Positions 9,408 to 21,100 of a stretch of 64,000 nucleotides of DNA are shown in pieces. The stretch is from a virus. Each line of letters starts with the position of its first letter. The stretch's first letter is position 1. Location of the stretch: IMG/VR virus record IMGVR_UViG_3300042868_009489. One strand, given 5' to 3'. The notes beneath the pieces are model-generated. The model ran no database searches. It was given only the letters and a program-made list of their open reading frames with translations, and was not told the DNA's origin. A program made the position numbers and the translations under genes.

Positions 9408-10676
9408 TTAGCTATAATTAACTATTAGATCGGATAGGACTGGAGCTGTTCCGTCCCCAAGCTGATTCAGGGTTACTTCTATCCAAACTGAAGATGAACC
9501 AGAAACCTCATCAAGTGTATAAACTCCGCTATTCTTCCAGATAACCCTGTAGCTGAAAGCCGTAGATATCAATTCTTCAGGAACATTATACATCTTTGGT
9601 ATGACCTCATCTACTGAATGGATCAATGTTCCTTCTGGGGCGGTAAACTTAATTATAGTTCTTCCAGTTTCCAAGAACCTTTGTGATCTTACATCTAGAT
9701 CAGATAAGCCATATGTATATACGTATTTACCATTTTCTACAATATAATTTCTCTGTCTCATATTTATTCTAATTGCTGTAATTTTTATTGGAGGGAAATA
9801 GAATCCCATTGGCCCAGCATTAAGTACTATGTCCGAGCCGGCTATCGACCATCCACCTGGAGCAACTCTGCCTATCGCATCAGATTCGCTATCATATAAT
9901 CTATTAAAGTTTAAAGGAGTCCATCCATCAGATTCTTCCAAAGATGGTTCTACCTTTGTGGTGTATTCAATAGAAAGAATATCTACTCCAAATAACGGAT
10001 ATGGAGACAGGGACAAGTAGTTTGATGTGTCAGATCCAGAATAAGCATTAGGGATTTTATAGTAAGCAAACATTTGAGCACCGGATCCCAAAGCTGAGTC
10101 AGCTATGATATTTCGTTTCCAAAATTTATCAGACCTATCCAAGAGTGCGTGAAACATTGGACTAGTATCTACTAGTGCACCAGGTGTATCAACACTGACA
10201 AAGTCATTCTTTATTTTTGTTTCTAGAAAATCTGGAATTGTTTGTTCCCCTAAACCGCTAAAAAACTTAAGCTTAGAATAAGAAGAACCATCAACCTTAG
10301 GTAGTGTTATTAAATTATATACATGATCAAAACTAAGCGCCTCAGAACTTGAGAGTGCGAACTGTGCATTACTGATGAAGCTGGCTATATCTATTTGAGA
10401 ATAGTTATATATGGAGAGCTTCTTATAGGCTGAATCAGTATTGTATTCAATTGCCTTTACTCTGTCTTCTAAATCTGCTATAGCCCTAGAGATAAATAAA
10501 TGATCCTTTAATACCCTTTCAAAAGCCTGACTCAATTTCTGATCCAATACGCCAGATCTATTGTAGAGGTGAACTAAGTCTTGATAGTTCTGTTCTGCCC
10601 TCATGTTAAAGTCAGCACTGTCCACAGGACCGTTGTACTGTATTGTTTTATTTTCTGTGTTTAGGTAATCTGACAT
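9408..10676 (-). CDS. Virion structural protein (paralog family with the 741-, 719- and 882-aa proteins)
   Basis: Shares an N-terminal helical region, YTYGLSDLDV and a C-terminal P-V-L strand with its neighbours. Confidence 0.7.
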   Translation of the reverse strand: MSDYLNTENKTIQYNGPVDSADFNMRAEQNYQDLVHLYNRSGVLDQKLSQAFERVLKDHLFISRAIADLEDRVKAIEYNTDSAYKKLSIYNYSQIDIASFISNAQFALSSSEALSFDHVYNLITLPKVDGSSYSKLKFFSGLGEQTIPDFLETKIKNDFVSVDTPGALVDTSPMFHALLDRSDKFWKRNIIADSALGSGAQMFAYYKIPNAYSGSDTSNYLSLSPYPLFGVDILSIEYTTKVEPSLEESDGWTPLNFNRLYDSESDAIGRVAPGGWSIAGSDIVLNAGPMGFYFPPIKITAIRINMRQRNYIVENGKYVYTYGLSDLDVRSQRFLETGRTIIKFTAPEGTLIHSVDEVIPKMYNVPEELISTAFSYRVIWKNSGVYTLDEVSGSSSVWIEVTLNQLGDGTAPVLSDLIVNYS

Positions 10677-10685
10677 TTTAATTAA

Positions 10686-11117
10686 TTATCCAGTCTGTTT
10701 TTCTAATTTATTAATCTTATAAAATAATCTTGACAAACTTCCACCAATTGTATCCGTAGTCTCTAGGTAGTCTATTGTATCACTTGCGCTGTAGTCGTAC
10801 ATCGAAACTGAATCAGCAGAAAGGTCATAGACCCTACCGTAGTATTCTTCACCAGTTATCTCATCCGAAACGATTCTAATTTCATGAGTTTCATCTTTTT
10901 CCGCTCCTAAAAAAATCTTTATTTTATCAACTATGACAGTATCAAGAAGTTCTAATTCTAGATATAGTCTGTTTATATCCATATAAACTTTTTGGTTAAA
11001 GAGATTTTCCTGACCACTCTTTCTTGGAGATCTATAAAATGATCTAAACCTCTTAACTAGGGGTTCTCTAATTATTTTTTTACTATTTGGATCCAGGTAA
11101 CTTATGGGCATATGCAT
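10686..11117 (-). CDS. Hypothetical (probably virion) protein
   Basis: 143-aa ORF with an AGGAG RBS. Confidence 0.7.
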   Translation of the reverse strand: MHMPISYLDPNSKKIIREPLVKRFRSFYRSPRKSGQENLFNQKVYMDINRLYLELELLDTVIVDKIKIFLGAEKDETHEIRIVSDEITGEEYYGRVYDLSADSVSMYDYSASDTIDYLETTDTIGGSLSRLFYKINKLEKQTG

Positions 11118-11130
11118 CTCCTACTTTAGA

Positions 11131-11139
11131 TATAGTAAA
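11131..11139 (-). promoter_or_regulatory. Candidate late-promoter core TTTACTATA
   Basis: Same 9-mer as 9370-9378, in a short intergenic gap upstream of an RBS. Confidence 0.4.
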
Positions 11140-11141
11140 CT

Positions 11142-13367
11142 TTAATATTCACTTGTTGTTGAATTATTATAGGATAATTCATTTGCTGATATATCAGAAT
11201 AGTTTTCTGAGTTCTTAAACTTTAATTTAAAATAATCAATAGTTGGAGAGGACAATGGGTTTCTACCCCTAGATATATCGGCTCTAAATCTCAGGGCAGT
11301 TACTGGATCTGGATTGTTTGAGTAATAAAACAGTCTTGAATTATTACTGATATTATCCCTACATAGAATCTCTTTATTACCAAAAAAGTTTTCGATAGTG
11401 AATACCTTGTCGTATGTTGATCTATTGACTTTAAATTCAATTGGATCTACATAACCATAATATTGGCTATATACTAAACCATAATCTAATAATGACTTAG
11501 AATCCATTAAGCTAATTGAACCGTTTGCGCTATCTTTTATATCTATTGCTACTTTAACTGTATTGATTCCCGCTTTGAAATTCCATTCAATCAACTCTGA
11601 AGTTACTCCAGAAGGAACACTTGATGGCCTTCCGTTTAAGTAAACTGCAACATCCCAACTCTTTGAAACGCTATCATTCTTGACTAACAAGTGCCTAACG
11701 GTAATATCATTGGCGCAGAATATTTTAGTTTCCAATAAAACGCTAATTGATTTTAAGTTTGGACCAGAAAAAAATATGGAGTTATTAGATATTTCATAAG
11801 ATGGTATGGAGAATGTTTGCCTAACACTTGATCTTCCAGATAAAATATTCCCCCAAGTAGCTAACGAATTATTTTCATTATAAATACTATTTTGATAATT
11901 TATATATTTACCAGAGACTAAATTTATACCGTCTAAAAGATAAGAACTAACCGGGTTGTCTAGTTGATCAAGCTTTGCTATTCTATATATAGTTTGATTC
12001 GGATATAAATCAACTGTTGGATTTTGTTCATTTAAGTTCTTAGAAGTATTTTTTGAAACTAATGGTATTTTCTTTAAAGAGTTTGTAGAGTTTTCTACAC
12101 CATTTAATATCTTTTTTGATTTTAAAGAAGAGCCAGAAAAATTAACTGTTGTAGAAAAAGAGTTCTGAGTACTTTGTTCTGGAGAAATTGGAGTCCAAGA
12201 GAAATCAGATATCGATTGAGCAGACTCGTTATCTTCTGCTACAAAATAGTTAACAGAACCATCTTGTGAATTTTCCCCAACATCTATCGATACAGCATCT
12301 ATCACTAGGTTGCTATTATCGTTTGAGTTTAATGATATCGGAGCAGATACAAACGAAGCCGACTTATCGTAGTATTGCCCACTAATAGCTATATCTCTAA
12401 TGCCATACCTATATCCATATCTGCTAACCCTATTGTCCTCTATGACGTCTGGTTCTGTTTTAACAAAGAATATATCTATTGACCCAACGTTGCCCGGATC
12501 AAAGCTAAAAGAAAATCTATCATAATCTTTAGTAGATTTTTTATTCATTACTTCTGACACCCTGTTAGCATCCGTGTAATTTACTTTTATGTAGATATCA
12601 GTTGGCGAAATAGTATTCAGTCTTCCTTCTATCTTTGATAAGATAACATTTTTAGCTATAGGTAAGTTAATTGAAAAGCTGACTAAGCCTATAGTGTCAA
12701 AGTAAAATATGTTTTGCCATTCAGTATTTTCTAAACCGTCAAAAACAGATCCAAAAAAAGAATCGTCAGAAAACTTTTTATTTAAATCTATTTGTGTTTT
12801 ATTAAAGCTCAAAGAATAGGTTGGCGCGCTTGCTACAATTGAGCTAGTTGAAAGTAAATCAAAAACTGAAGACTTTAGCGTTGGTAGTGAAACCTTACCA
12901 TTAACCGTATCTACAAAAGCTGAAGTATAATTTAAGTCAGAGCCAGTTGTCGATGCGAAGTTGTCTGAGTATGCTGCGTAGTATCCCTCTGAATTTTGAT
13001 TAGCAAATATTAGGTCATCTACTTTATTTTCTAAGATCATTCTTTTAGACTTTAAGTTATTTAATCTTTTATTTAAGGCTGTTGCTACGGTCATTAAGTC
13101 ATCAGAATTTTCAAATATAGAATCATATAAAACTTCTATATTAAAAAGAGTGTGCAGCATTTTTTGATTAAAGACTTCGACTTGACCGAAAGCCATTTGC
13201 CTAAATAGCTGAGCATTTATATCCAGTGGCTCCCCTGGCTGATACTTGGAAAAGTATCTAGAAAAGAACTCTAATATCTCCTGCTCATTAGGCTTATTGC
13301 CACCAGCATAGAGACTCTTGTATAGAGTGCTTAAGAATTTTTCCTTCTGTATATTACTTATCGTCAT
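11142..13367 (-). CDS. Virion structural protein
   Basis: 741 aa; YRYGIRDIAI and SSPTIDYFKL resemble motifs in the paralogs. Confidence 0.75.
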   Translation of the reverse strand: MTISNIQKEKFLSTLYKSLYAGGNKPNEQEILEFFSRYFSKYQPGEPLDINAQLFRQMAFGQVEVFNQKMLHTLFNIEVLYDSIFENSDDLMTVATALNKRLNNLKSKRMILENKVDDLIFANQNSEGYYAAYSDNFASTTGSDLNYTSAFVDTVNGKVSLPTLKSSVFDLLSTSSIVASAPTYSLSFNKTQIDLNKKFSDDSFFGSVFDGLENTEWQNIFYFDTIGLVSFSINLPIAKNVILSKIEGRLNTISPTDIYIKVNYTDANRVSEVMNKKSTKDYDRFSFSFDPGNVGSIDIFFVKTEPDVIEDNRVSRYGYRYGIRDIAISGQYYDKSASFVSAPISLNSNDNSNLVIDAVSIDVGENSQDGSVNYFVAEDNESAQSISDFSWTPISPEQSTQNSFSTTVNFSGSSLKSKKILNGVENSTNSLKKIPLVSKNTSKNLNEQNPTVDLYPNQTIYRIAKLDQLDNPVSSYLLDGINLVSGKYINYQNSIYNENNSLATWGNILSGRSSVRQTFSIPSYEISNNSIFFSGPNLKSISVLLETKIFCANDITVRHLLVKNDSVSKSWDVAVYLNGRPSSVPSGVTSELIEWNFKAGINTVKVAIDIKDSANGSISLMDSKSLLDYGLVYSQYYGYVDPIEFKVNRSTYDKVFTIENFFGNKEILCRDNISNNSRLFYYSNNPDPVTALRFRADISRGRNPLSSPTIDYFKLKFKNSENYSDISANELSYNNSTTSEY

Positions 13368-15524
13368 AATTGCTCAACTCTTCCGGCTATTTGATATGAG
13401 TAAATAACAGGTGTAGTGTTTTCATATCTTGGTTTTTCTATATCAATTTTTATTCTGATTGACTTTGTATCAGATGGTATGTTTGGAGAGTTAAAATATG
13501 AAACTCCTTTTACCTGACCAAAGCTTTCCACGTTTTCATTAAATGATAATATTTCAGGAACGCCATTGAATGGATCTTCTATTGGAGAAATTTGTATCCA
13601 TTTTTTTCCATCATCTATTGATATATAATACTTAATATAGCTTACATTTGAGTTGCCACCCTGAAGGCTAAATACTGTATCTGAAGATATGGTTAGATTT
13701 TTTACATTGTAGCCAAAAACAAACGGCTTAGATATTAGTTGAGCTCTTTGTGCATATACACTGTAGTTAACATCTATAGACCTAAGTCCTATTGTAAATC
13801 TTTTAGCTGGATAGATTTCAAAATTTCTTTGAAGCAAGATCGATGATGTCGAATACTTAGGTGATAAATCTGACTTAATTGTTTCTACTGCTAAATCTTG
13901 AAAGTTAGAACCAGACCACTCTGCATTTGATATTTTTGCCTGTATATATGCTTTTGCTGTTTCAGCAGCAATCAAACTTTCGTATTGAAAAGATAAACTG
14001 ATATCAGATACAGCTGCCAATTCCTGCTGCTTGGCCAAAGTCTGATAAGCTATTGCTGGGTTTACATAATAATATTTTTGCAAAGATGGAGTTGCAGAAG
14101 AATTTAATCTCTTAAAAGTTACGACATGTCTCTCTACCCTTACGGCTTCTTTATAGGTGATGTTAATCTTCTTTGTTGCAAGACTAGATTGATCTTTTGA
14201 AACATTAGGACGTAGAATACTTGGAACTAAATCTAGATAATTAAATTGAACATCTTGAAAGCCAATAGCACCAAGTCCAGCTGGATCAAATCTACTGTTA
14301 GTATTTAATGGAGCAAGAGATCCGGTATTAGAAAATGGTTTCCAATACATGTGCTGCATCGTTATATCGGAGTAATCTGACTGCTCTAAGTGAACCGTTA
14401 TTTCTGATGTGACTATTTCATTAAAGTAAACTACAGCTTTATTATAATAGTAATTTTTTTTAGATTCAATATTTTGAGGAATAAAATTAGAACCTATGTA
14501 AACTGGAGAATCTAAAAGTTCAACAGTTTGATTTGTTAATTTAGAAACTGCAGTTATAGAGGAAACTTTTAATTCAGAATATGGCGCTCCGACTTTGCCC
14601 AAAGTAAGGAACTATCGATATAGAATTTGTTTTTTTTGAAGAACTTGCTCTTAACTTTAGGGTTAACTTAAGGGGTTCTTGAAGAATTTTTTCTGACCAA
14701 TTTTTATAAATGGTATCTGCTTGTTCTCCATTTGTTGAGACTTTAGACGAATATGTAAATTCAAAATCTTTTGCTCCATTTCTATTCTTGAGTATTGGAT
14801 CTATATATATCCCTTCATACTCAAAATATGTCAAAGGGTTAGCATCGGTTACATTCTGCAAGAGTCCAATCGAGTTGTTGTCCTGAAACATATAACGGTA
14901 GTTTGAATCTATATTTTCTTTTGCATACACCATATGGTTATTCCCAATAAATCCATTAGATTCTGTTTCATCAATCGAAATTGATCTAACATTCCATGAA
15001 TTTGTATCAACGACTGGCAACGATGCATTTCCATTTCTAACCGATGCTATAAGATTTTTAGGTATTTTTTCTATATCTATAAAATCCATGTTTTCAAATG
15101 AGTCGCCAAAGTAATATAGATCTTCACTAGGCGCTTCTGAGTAAGCCTGGAGTATTCTTACCTTTGATTTAATTCTATTGGCAAATTGATTTTCTTTTTC
15201 TATTTCAGAATTAAACAAATTATACAAAGATACTAACTGTGCGCTCTGATAGTCAAGCTGCTTAGCCACTATGTTTAAATCATCTGCTACTCCAGAAATA
15301 AATCTATTAAACTTTTCAGAAGATGGTGGTTCACCTTTTATAACTTGATTATATTTTGCTATTGGATCAGTAGAGTATTTGTTTATCTCAGTTATGAGTA
15401 CGTGAAACTCTTCTGACATATCCTCGTATGAGCTAATTGTATTTTGAGAATACTTTCTTAAAAAGGTCTGCACCTTCTTGATAAGCTGATCATAGAATAC
15501 TGTATTTGTAGATAGTTGAGCCAT
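13364..15524 (-). CDS. Virion structural protein, 719 aa when joined by a +1 shift at CGG-A (14589-14591)
   Basis: The 316-aa and 412-aa ORFs join as ...PYFGQS-G-APYSELKV. The joined length and motifs match the 741-aa paralog. Confidence 0.75.
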
Positions 15525-15526
15525 TT

Positions 15527-18175
15527 TTATCCCAATCTTAAAAGATTATTTGCCATATGGTCAGAATTTTTTGTCTTAAATTTAAGTATAACATTATCTA
15601 CTGACCCAGATGAAAAATAGTTATTAAAATTATTTCTTATAATTAGCCTAAATCTTACTTGACTATTTAAGTATTCATACATAACATTAAAAGGTTGAGT
15701 AATAGCTTTATTGAAGATAATATTCTTTCCATTATGGAAGAATAAGACTTCCTGAGTATCATAAAATTCACCCTTTTCAAAACTACCTAGTTTATAGTTA
15801 GTGAGATTGGTGGCATACGAACCATCGGAAAACTTTACGAGTACTGGAGCATAACCGATGTACTCTACTGTGTTAATAGTACCGCCCCTTTGACTGTAAG
15901 AAGCCTTTTTTAATTTATCATAGTTTATGTACGGTTGATTGACTAATTTAATACTATTATTTGATGCAGTTCTTTCAAAGAACTCACCATTTTTATCATT
16001 AGAGTAAGCCGATAGAGTTTGATTACCAGACAAAAGTGTAGATATGTCTATATAATTTTGACTAAAGTTAATATTGTCTGCCGTGTAACTAGCGACGTAA
16101 TTGTTCTTTGGATCAAAAGAATTTATATAAATTGATTTATTAAACTTATTTACAGTATATTGACTTTCTGGAATTAATTTTTGATTTGAGTATATTTTTA
16201 TAGATGTATCAATTGGAAAAAATCTTAAAAATGCTGTTTTACTTATTGAATCAAAAAATAAAAATTCAGATTTAATATCACTGCTATCGTAGGAGATGAT
16301 TGGTATCCAATCATTTTCCGAAGCTGGATTTTCTTTTATCGAAATTGACAATTCATATGAGTTTGCTTCCTTGAGATCGAAATCTGGAAGCGCCTTACTC
16401 TCATCAACTTTCTCTAGATTTAACTTAGCCTTAACAGCTAAAGGGTTTCCATCTATTGGAATTTTAGAACTAATAAAGCAAGCTTTGTTAGTCGAGAGTG
16501 AGTTTGTTGCACTTGAGATTTGCCTTGTCTTGCCAAACTGTACTCCCTTTAACGAAAAAGAATACATATAATTTTCTACATTTTGATTTTTGTTTCTTAA
16601 TATATTTGTAGAATGAATGTTTGATCCCGGCATAATGGCATCTTGTGAAAAGCTTACTAGGTTTTTATCTAATGAGTTTGAATTCTTGCTTAGAATATTT
16701 GGAGAATTTCCGATCTTACTGAGAAATCCACCTCTATTATTTAATCTATTATCTACAAACAATGAATCATCAAACAACTTAAATCTGTCACCTAATGTTT
16801 GTGACACTATATTTTTCACCATTATAGAAAGATGATTACTAGACAGTAAACGACCTTCTTGATCTAGAGATGTTGAATTATTTTTTTCATTTAAGAATGG
16901 TTGTGATCCAGTTTTACTGATTGGATACTTATATGTATAATAATCAGTGTACGCATACGAATTTCTTTTTGCTTCATCTATTGAATTAAATTTTCTAAAA
17001 TACTCTAGGACTATGTCTTGAAGTTTACTGTGACTATTTCTCTTGCTCTTCCTTATGTCACTTAGCAATTCGTGTATTAATCTTGAAGATACCTCATCTG
17101 AAGTTGGTGAAATAGTATTTTTCTTATATGTGCTTTGATTAAATATTAGCGTTATACTCTTTACCTTATCTAAAGGAAAGTTAATGTCTAATACAGAGTT
17201 TATTTTTACTGGAGATAAAAGAATTTTCTTTTTTTCATAACCAGAACTAGGAACATTAGAATTGCTTGAGTAAATTCTTTCTGCTATATTTGCTGATTCT
17301 ATAACCACCTGCATTAATTGCAGCCCATCATATTCATTGGGATTTATTCTAATTAAATCCATTTCAATTTCTTTTATAAAGTTTATTGTCATTACTGTCT
17401 TAGCGCCAACTATATAAGAATAGTCATAATCTATATTTTCTGAAAATGATGGTGGGATAGAAGTTAGTATTGCCGGCGATTGAACTGAGATGTTCCATAC
17501 ATTCGACTGCTTCTCGTTAAATAAAGCTTCATAGTTAGTTATAGAAGAAATATGTTGATTATAATTTGTTTCATAATCTACTGATTTTATAAAACCTATA
17601 GTGTTAATAAAATCAATACCATTACCAATTTTAAATTTTGAAACAATTGGATCAACAAAACCATTTCCATTTTCATCAAAAGTAGATCCGCCTCTATCTA
17701 TAAATGGAACTGGAGAAACATCATATGTATTTGATTTTAAGAAATCATTAAAATTTTCTATATAAGAGTCATTATAAAGATCATCTTTACCTGATATAAA
17801 ATCATAGTTATCTATATAATTTTCTAAAAGAGAAATATTGTTTTCTATTTTTGCCACTTGAGATGACATGACTTCTATCATCGAGTTTAAGGATACGCTG
17901 ATTGAATTAGATGCCGAAAAGTATCTATCGAATCTTATTTGTACGTCTCTAAAAATATCAACAAAGAATTCAGATTCTATGATTGCCCTAGACCTCATTA
18001 AAGTTGGGGCAAAATCTGCTCCAGCAGAAAAATTAGAAAGACTTTTTACTAATTCTGACACCTGTGCTTTATCGGCTTTAATACTTTTAATTAAAGAGCC
18101 AACACTTTGCTGGGAATTATCGGAAAATGTTTTAATTATACTAGGAAGAAAGTTAATCATGATAATACACCCCAA
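15527..18175 (-). CDS. Virion structural protein
   Basis: 882 aa with paralog motifs. The likely start is MINFLP, which gives an ATGA overlap with the upstream gene. Confidence 0.75.
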   Translation of the reverse strand: MGCIIMINFLPSIIKTFSDNSQQSVGSLIKSIKADKAQVSELVKSLSNFSAGADFAPTLMRSRAIIESEFFVDIFRDVQIRFDRYFSASNSISVSLNSMIEVMSSQVAKIENNISLLENYIDNYDFISGKDDLYNDSYIENFNDFLKSNTYDVSPVPFIDRGGSTFDENGNGFVDPIVSKFKIGNGIDFINTIGFIKSVDYETNYNQHISSITNYEALFNEKQSNVWNISVQSPAILTSIPPSFSENIDYDYSYIVGAKTVMTINFIKEIEMDLIRINPNEYDGLQLMQVVIESANIAERIYSSNSNVPSSGYEKKKILLSPVKINSVLDINFPLDKVKSITLIFNQSTYKKNTISPTSDEVSSRLIHELLSDIRKSKRNSHSKLQDIVLEYFRKFNSIDEAKRNSYAYTDYYTYKYPISKTGSQPFLNEKNNSTSLDQEGRLLSSNHLSIMVKNIVSQTLGDRFKLFDDSLFVDNRLNNRGGFLSKIGNSPNILSKNSNSLDKNLVSFSQDAIMPGSNIHSTNILRNKNQNVENYMYSFSLKGVQFGKTRQISSATNSLSTNKACFISSKIPIDGNPLAVKAKLNLEKVDESKALPDFDLKEANSYELSISIKENPASENDWIPIISYDSSDIKSEFLFFDSISKTAFLRFFPIDTSIKIYSNQKLIPESQYTVNKFNKSIYINSFDPKNNYVASYTADNINFSQNYIDISTLLSGNQTLSAYSNDKNGEFFERTASNNSIKLVNQPYINYDKLKKASYSQRGGTINTVEYIGYAPVLVKFSDGSYATNLTNYKLGSFEKGEFYDTQEVLFFHNGKNIIFNKAITQPFNVMYEYLNSQVRFRLIIRNNFNNYFSSGSVDNVILKFKTKNSDHMANNLLRLG

Positions 18176-21100
18176 TCATTTCCTTCCATATCTTGAATCT
18201 TATATGCTACACCGGCGGTTATGTTCTTACTTATTATACCGTACAACTCTGCTTCACTGGTAAAATTATTCAATACTTCTTTTGGCAGTTTGATTATAAT
18301 GAACCCGCCCTTAGAATATGCTTGTTGATCTGGCGGATAAACATCCCAGAATGATGATGCTTCTTTAACCTCTTTAAAGACCTTGTTTATATCGAGCGAT
18401 CCATAAGACTGCACGTCTATAGTCTTACCCATAGTAGCCTTTAATCCTCCACCTTTTAATCTTAAATCTTCAATAGCTAAATCTTTAACATCTACAGAGT
18501 TTAGCACGTGGACTAAGCCTATTTGAAGAGAGAATGGATCATAGTTAACGCTATTGTATGGATCAAAAATAGAAGTATTATAAGTGAAATCTACTGGAGA
18601 ATCATATGAATAGTCACTAACATAATCCCAAACATACCCATCTTGACTAGAGCTTCTAACTTCTATTCTTATGGGCTTAATGTATATATGTAAAGGCTTT
18701 TCTGTTTCTACTGTGTTCTTATTAAGGAATGGATTTAATGGAATAACTCTGCCGTTAATTTGCTTGAGTGGAATACCATTTGATTTAGCAGTATAGCTAA
18801 CCCTTATTAGATCTGGGTCACTTGTTATGGATGTAATAAAATCAACTATTCCAGTCTGAGAATTTATATTTCTTATAAGACTTGAATCTACTGCGGTCCA
18901 TGGTGAATCAACTGATTCTCTTGTTTCAAAATCAACCCAATTAACTACTGATCCACATTCCATCTGCGAAGGTTCCATAAAAGTAGCTATAGGGACTTGC
19001 ATCAACTGATATCTCTTAGATGATAAGACTATCGGTGTTTCGTTAATTATACTAATATATGGTTTGCCAGCAATCTGAGACCAGATTACGTTACTCATAT
19101 TTAAGGTTGAATACGTAGCTCTTAGCACTTTGCCTGTGTACTTCTCAGCCCAAGAAGTCCAGCCATAAGCTGGGTTTATGTATATGTCTTTTGTGAAAGA
19201 TCCAGATGTTATATATAATGGCCACTGTTGAAGTTTTGAAAGATTTGGCGGGATCGACGATATGCCTATTCTTGATGATGGAACATATTCAACATTGTAT
19301 ATAGGGCATGCCATCTTTACAGGTATGGAAGAAGGTATTATTTTACCAGAAGTTTTTGGTCCAAAGAAATCTATTCCATTTCCAAGATTTCCATCTGCAT
19401 CTACCGCCAGTGCAGCAATGTAAACATTTTCTGGACCTCTTGAAATATAATCTACATAATAAAGATTATTACCTAAAAATTCTTTTTTCTTATTATCATA
19501 GAACCCATAAAGAAAACCACCATCATCTCTAGTATTATTCGTTAATATAAAAGATCCATAATCTGTATTAAATTCTCGATCAGTAGAAAGAGTATTCACA
19601 AAAGATTGAAGATCTATACCATATGGCTTGCCAACTTTATCCGGATCTAAACTTGGTTGAATCAAAAGCACAAGGCCATCTAAAACGGAGATTGCATTTT
19701 TTGCAGATTTTATTATTGAACCATCTGTTTTCTTTAACCAATAATTGTTTAAAAGTTTCTCATCACTTTTGATTACGTTTGAATTTTCATATATAAGAGA
19801 TGAAGTCTCAAAAACTAATCTATTTGAAGAAATGCTTAGATTTAAATCTGAACTATTTACTGGGTTTCCAGTTGCTGAAACAACATTGGCGGCCGTAAAG
19901 GTATTTGAGTCTATTGATACAGCTTTTGCCTGTGTTAAGTTTATTGATATAGATTCATCTTTATACTGAGGTTCTAAATTAGAATCCGAGTAAGGTGTAT
20001 ATGGTGGACTATATGAAGTGCTGCTAAAGTTAATTGTGGTATTTGATAGATCTAAAGTTTTTTCCCCAGACCATGTAGGATATGTTATTGATACTGGCGT
20101 TGTTGCATACTTGGTAGATTTAACTCCATTTAGATCTATGACTTCAGCCTTATTCGGAGATATGCCAGTAACCGATCCAGCTACATTAAACTTTATTTCC
20201 ACTGGAGCTGTAGTTGTATCTAATCTATAGCCACTTTCAACTATTGTTTCAGCATTAAACGTATCTAGCGTGTAACCAATTTCAAATATAACCTTATTTA
20301 AAGAATAACCTTCAGCAAATGAACCATGTTTTCCTCCCAATGAACCACCATTAAACTGGAAAGCGAAGAACATACACTCTGCCATTGGCTTATTAACTTC
20401 AATCGTAAATTCCTTAGTTGTATATTCTGCAGCGCCCTTAATCACCTGTTTGCCAGCTCTATCTGGTCCAGAGTAAACTACTGCCTGCTTAAGGGCTATT
20501 CCCTTATAGCTTGGCGCACCAGCAAATGTTCCTGGATATATAGTTACAGATTTAAGAACTTGATTTTTTAAATCTTGTTGCGTTATTCCATCAAATGGAA
20601 TTTGATCAAATGGAACCGCAAGAAATATTGAATCTACTAATTTTAGAGGACCAGACTGTCCAGTGAAAGTTATCTTTCTATAGTTCCAATCTCTGTTAGG
20701 GAGATCTGCTAGCTCTATTGCATCTGCAGCTGCCGTAATATACTTAATAACTGTCGGATTGTTTACTTGCAATCTAGATATTATCGAACTATAGCGGGTT
20801 GGATCAGAGTTCTTTATGGATTTCCAAACGTGAATTGCTATTAATGACTTAGTTTCGCTATCAACTGTTCCGTTTTCGAACCTAGCATTAATTGATATCT
20901 GAAAAGCTTTCACTGCATTAAGTGTATTTGTTTCATATTTTCCACTTAATTCAGGAAGTTTTCCGGCAACTAATATTCCAGCTTCCCTCATACTTATTTG
21001 TATATACTTAATATAATCAGCAAGCATGCCGGGTTTACCTGGAGCGTATGCTCCAATTATATTTCCGGCTTGTATGTCTCCTGTGTACAGGAAGTTATTA

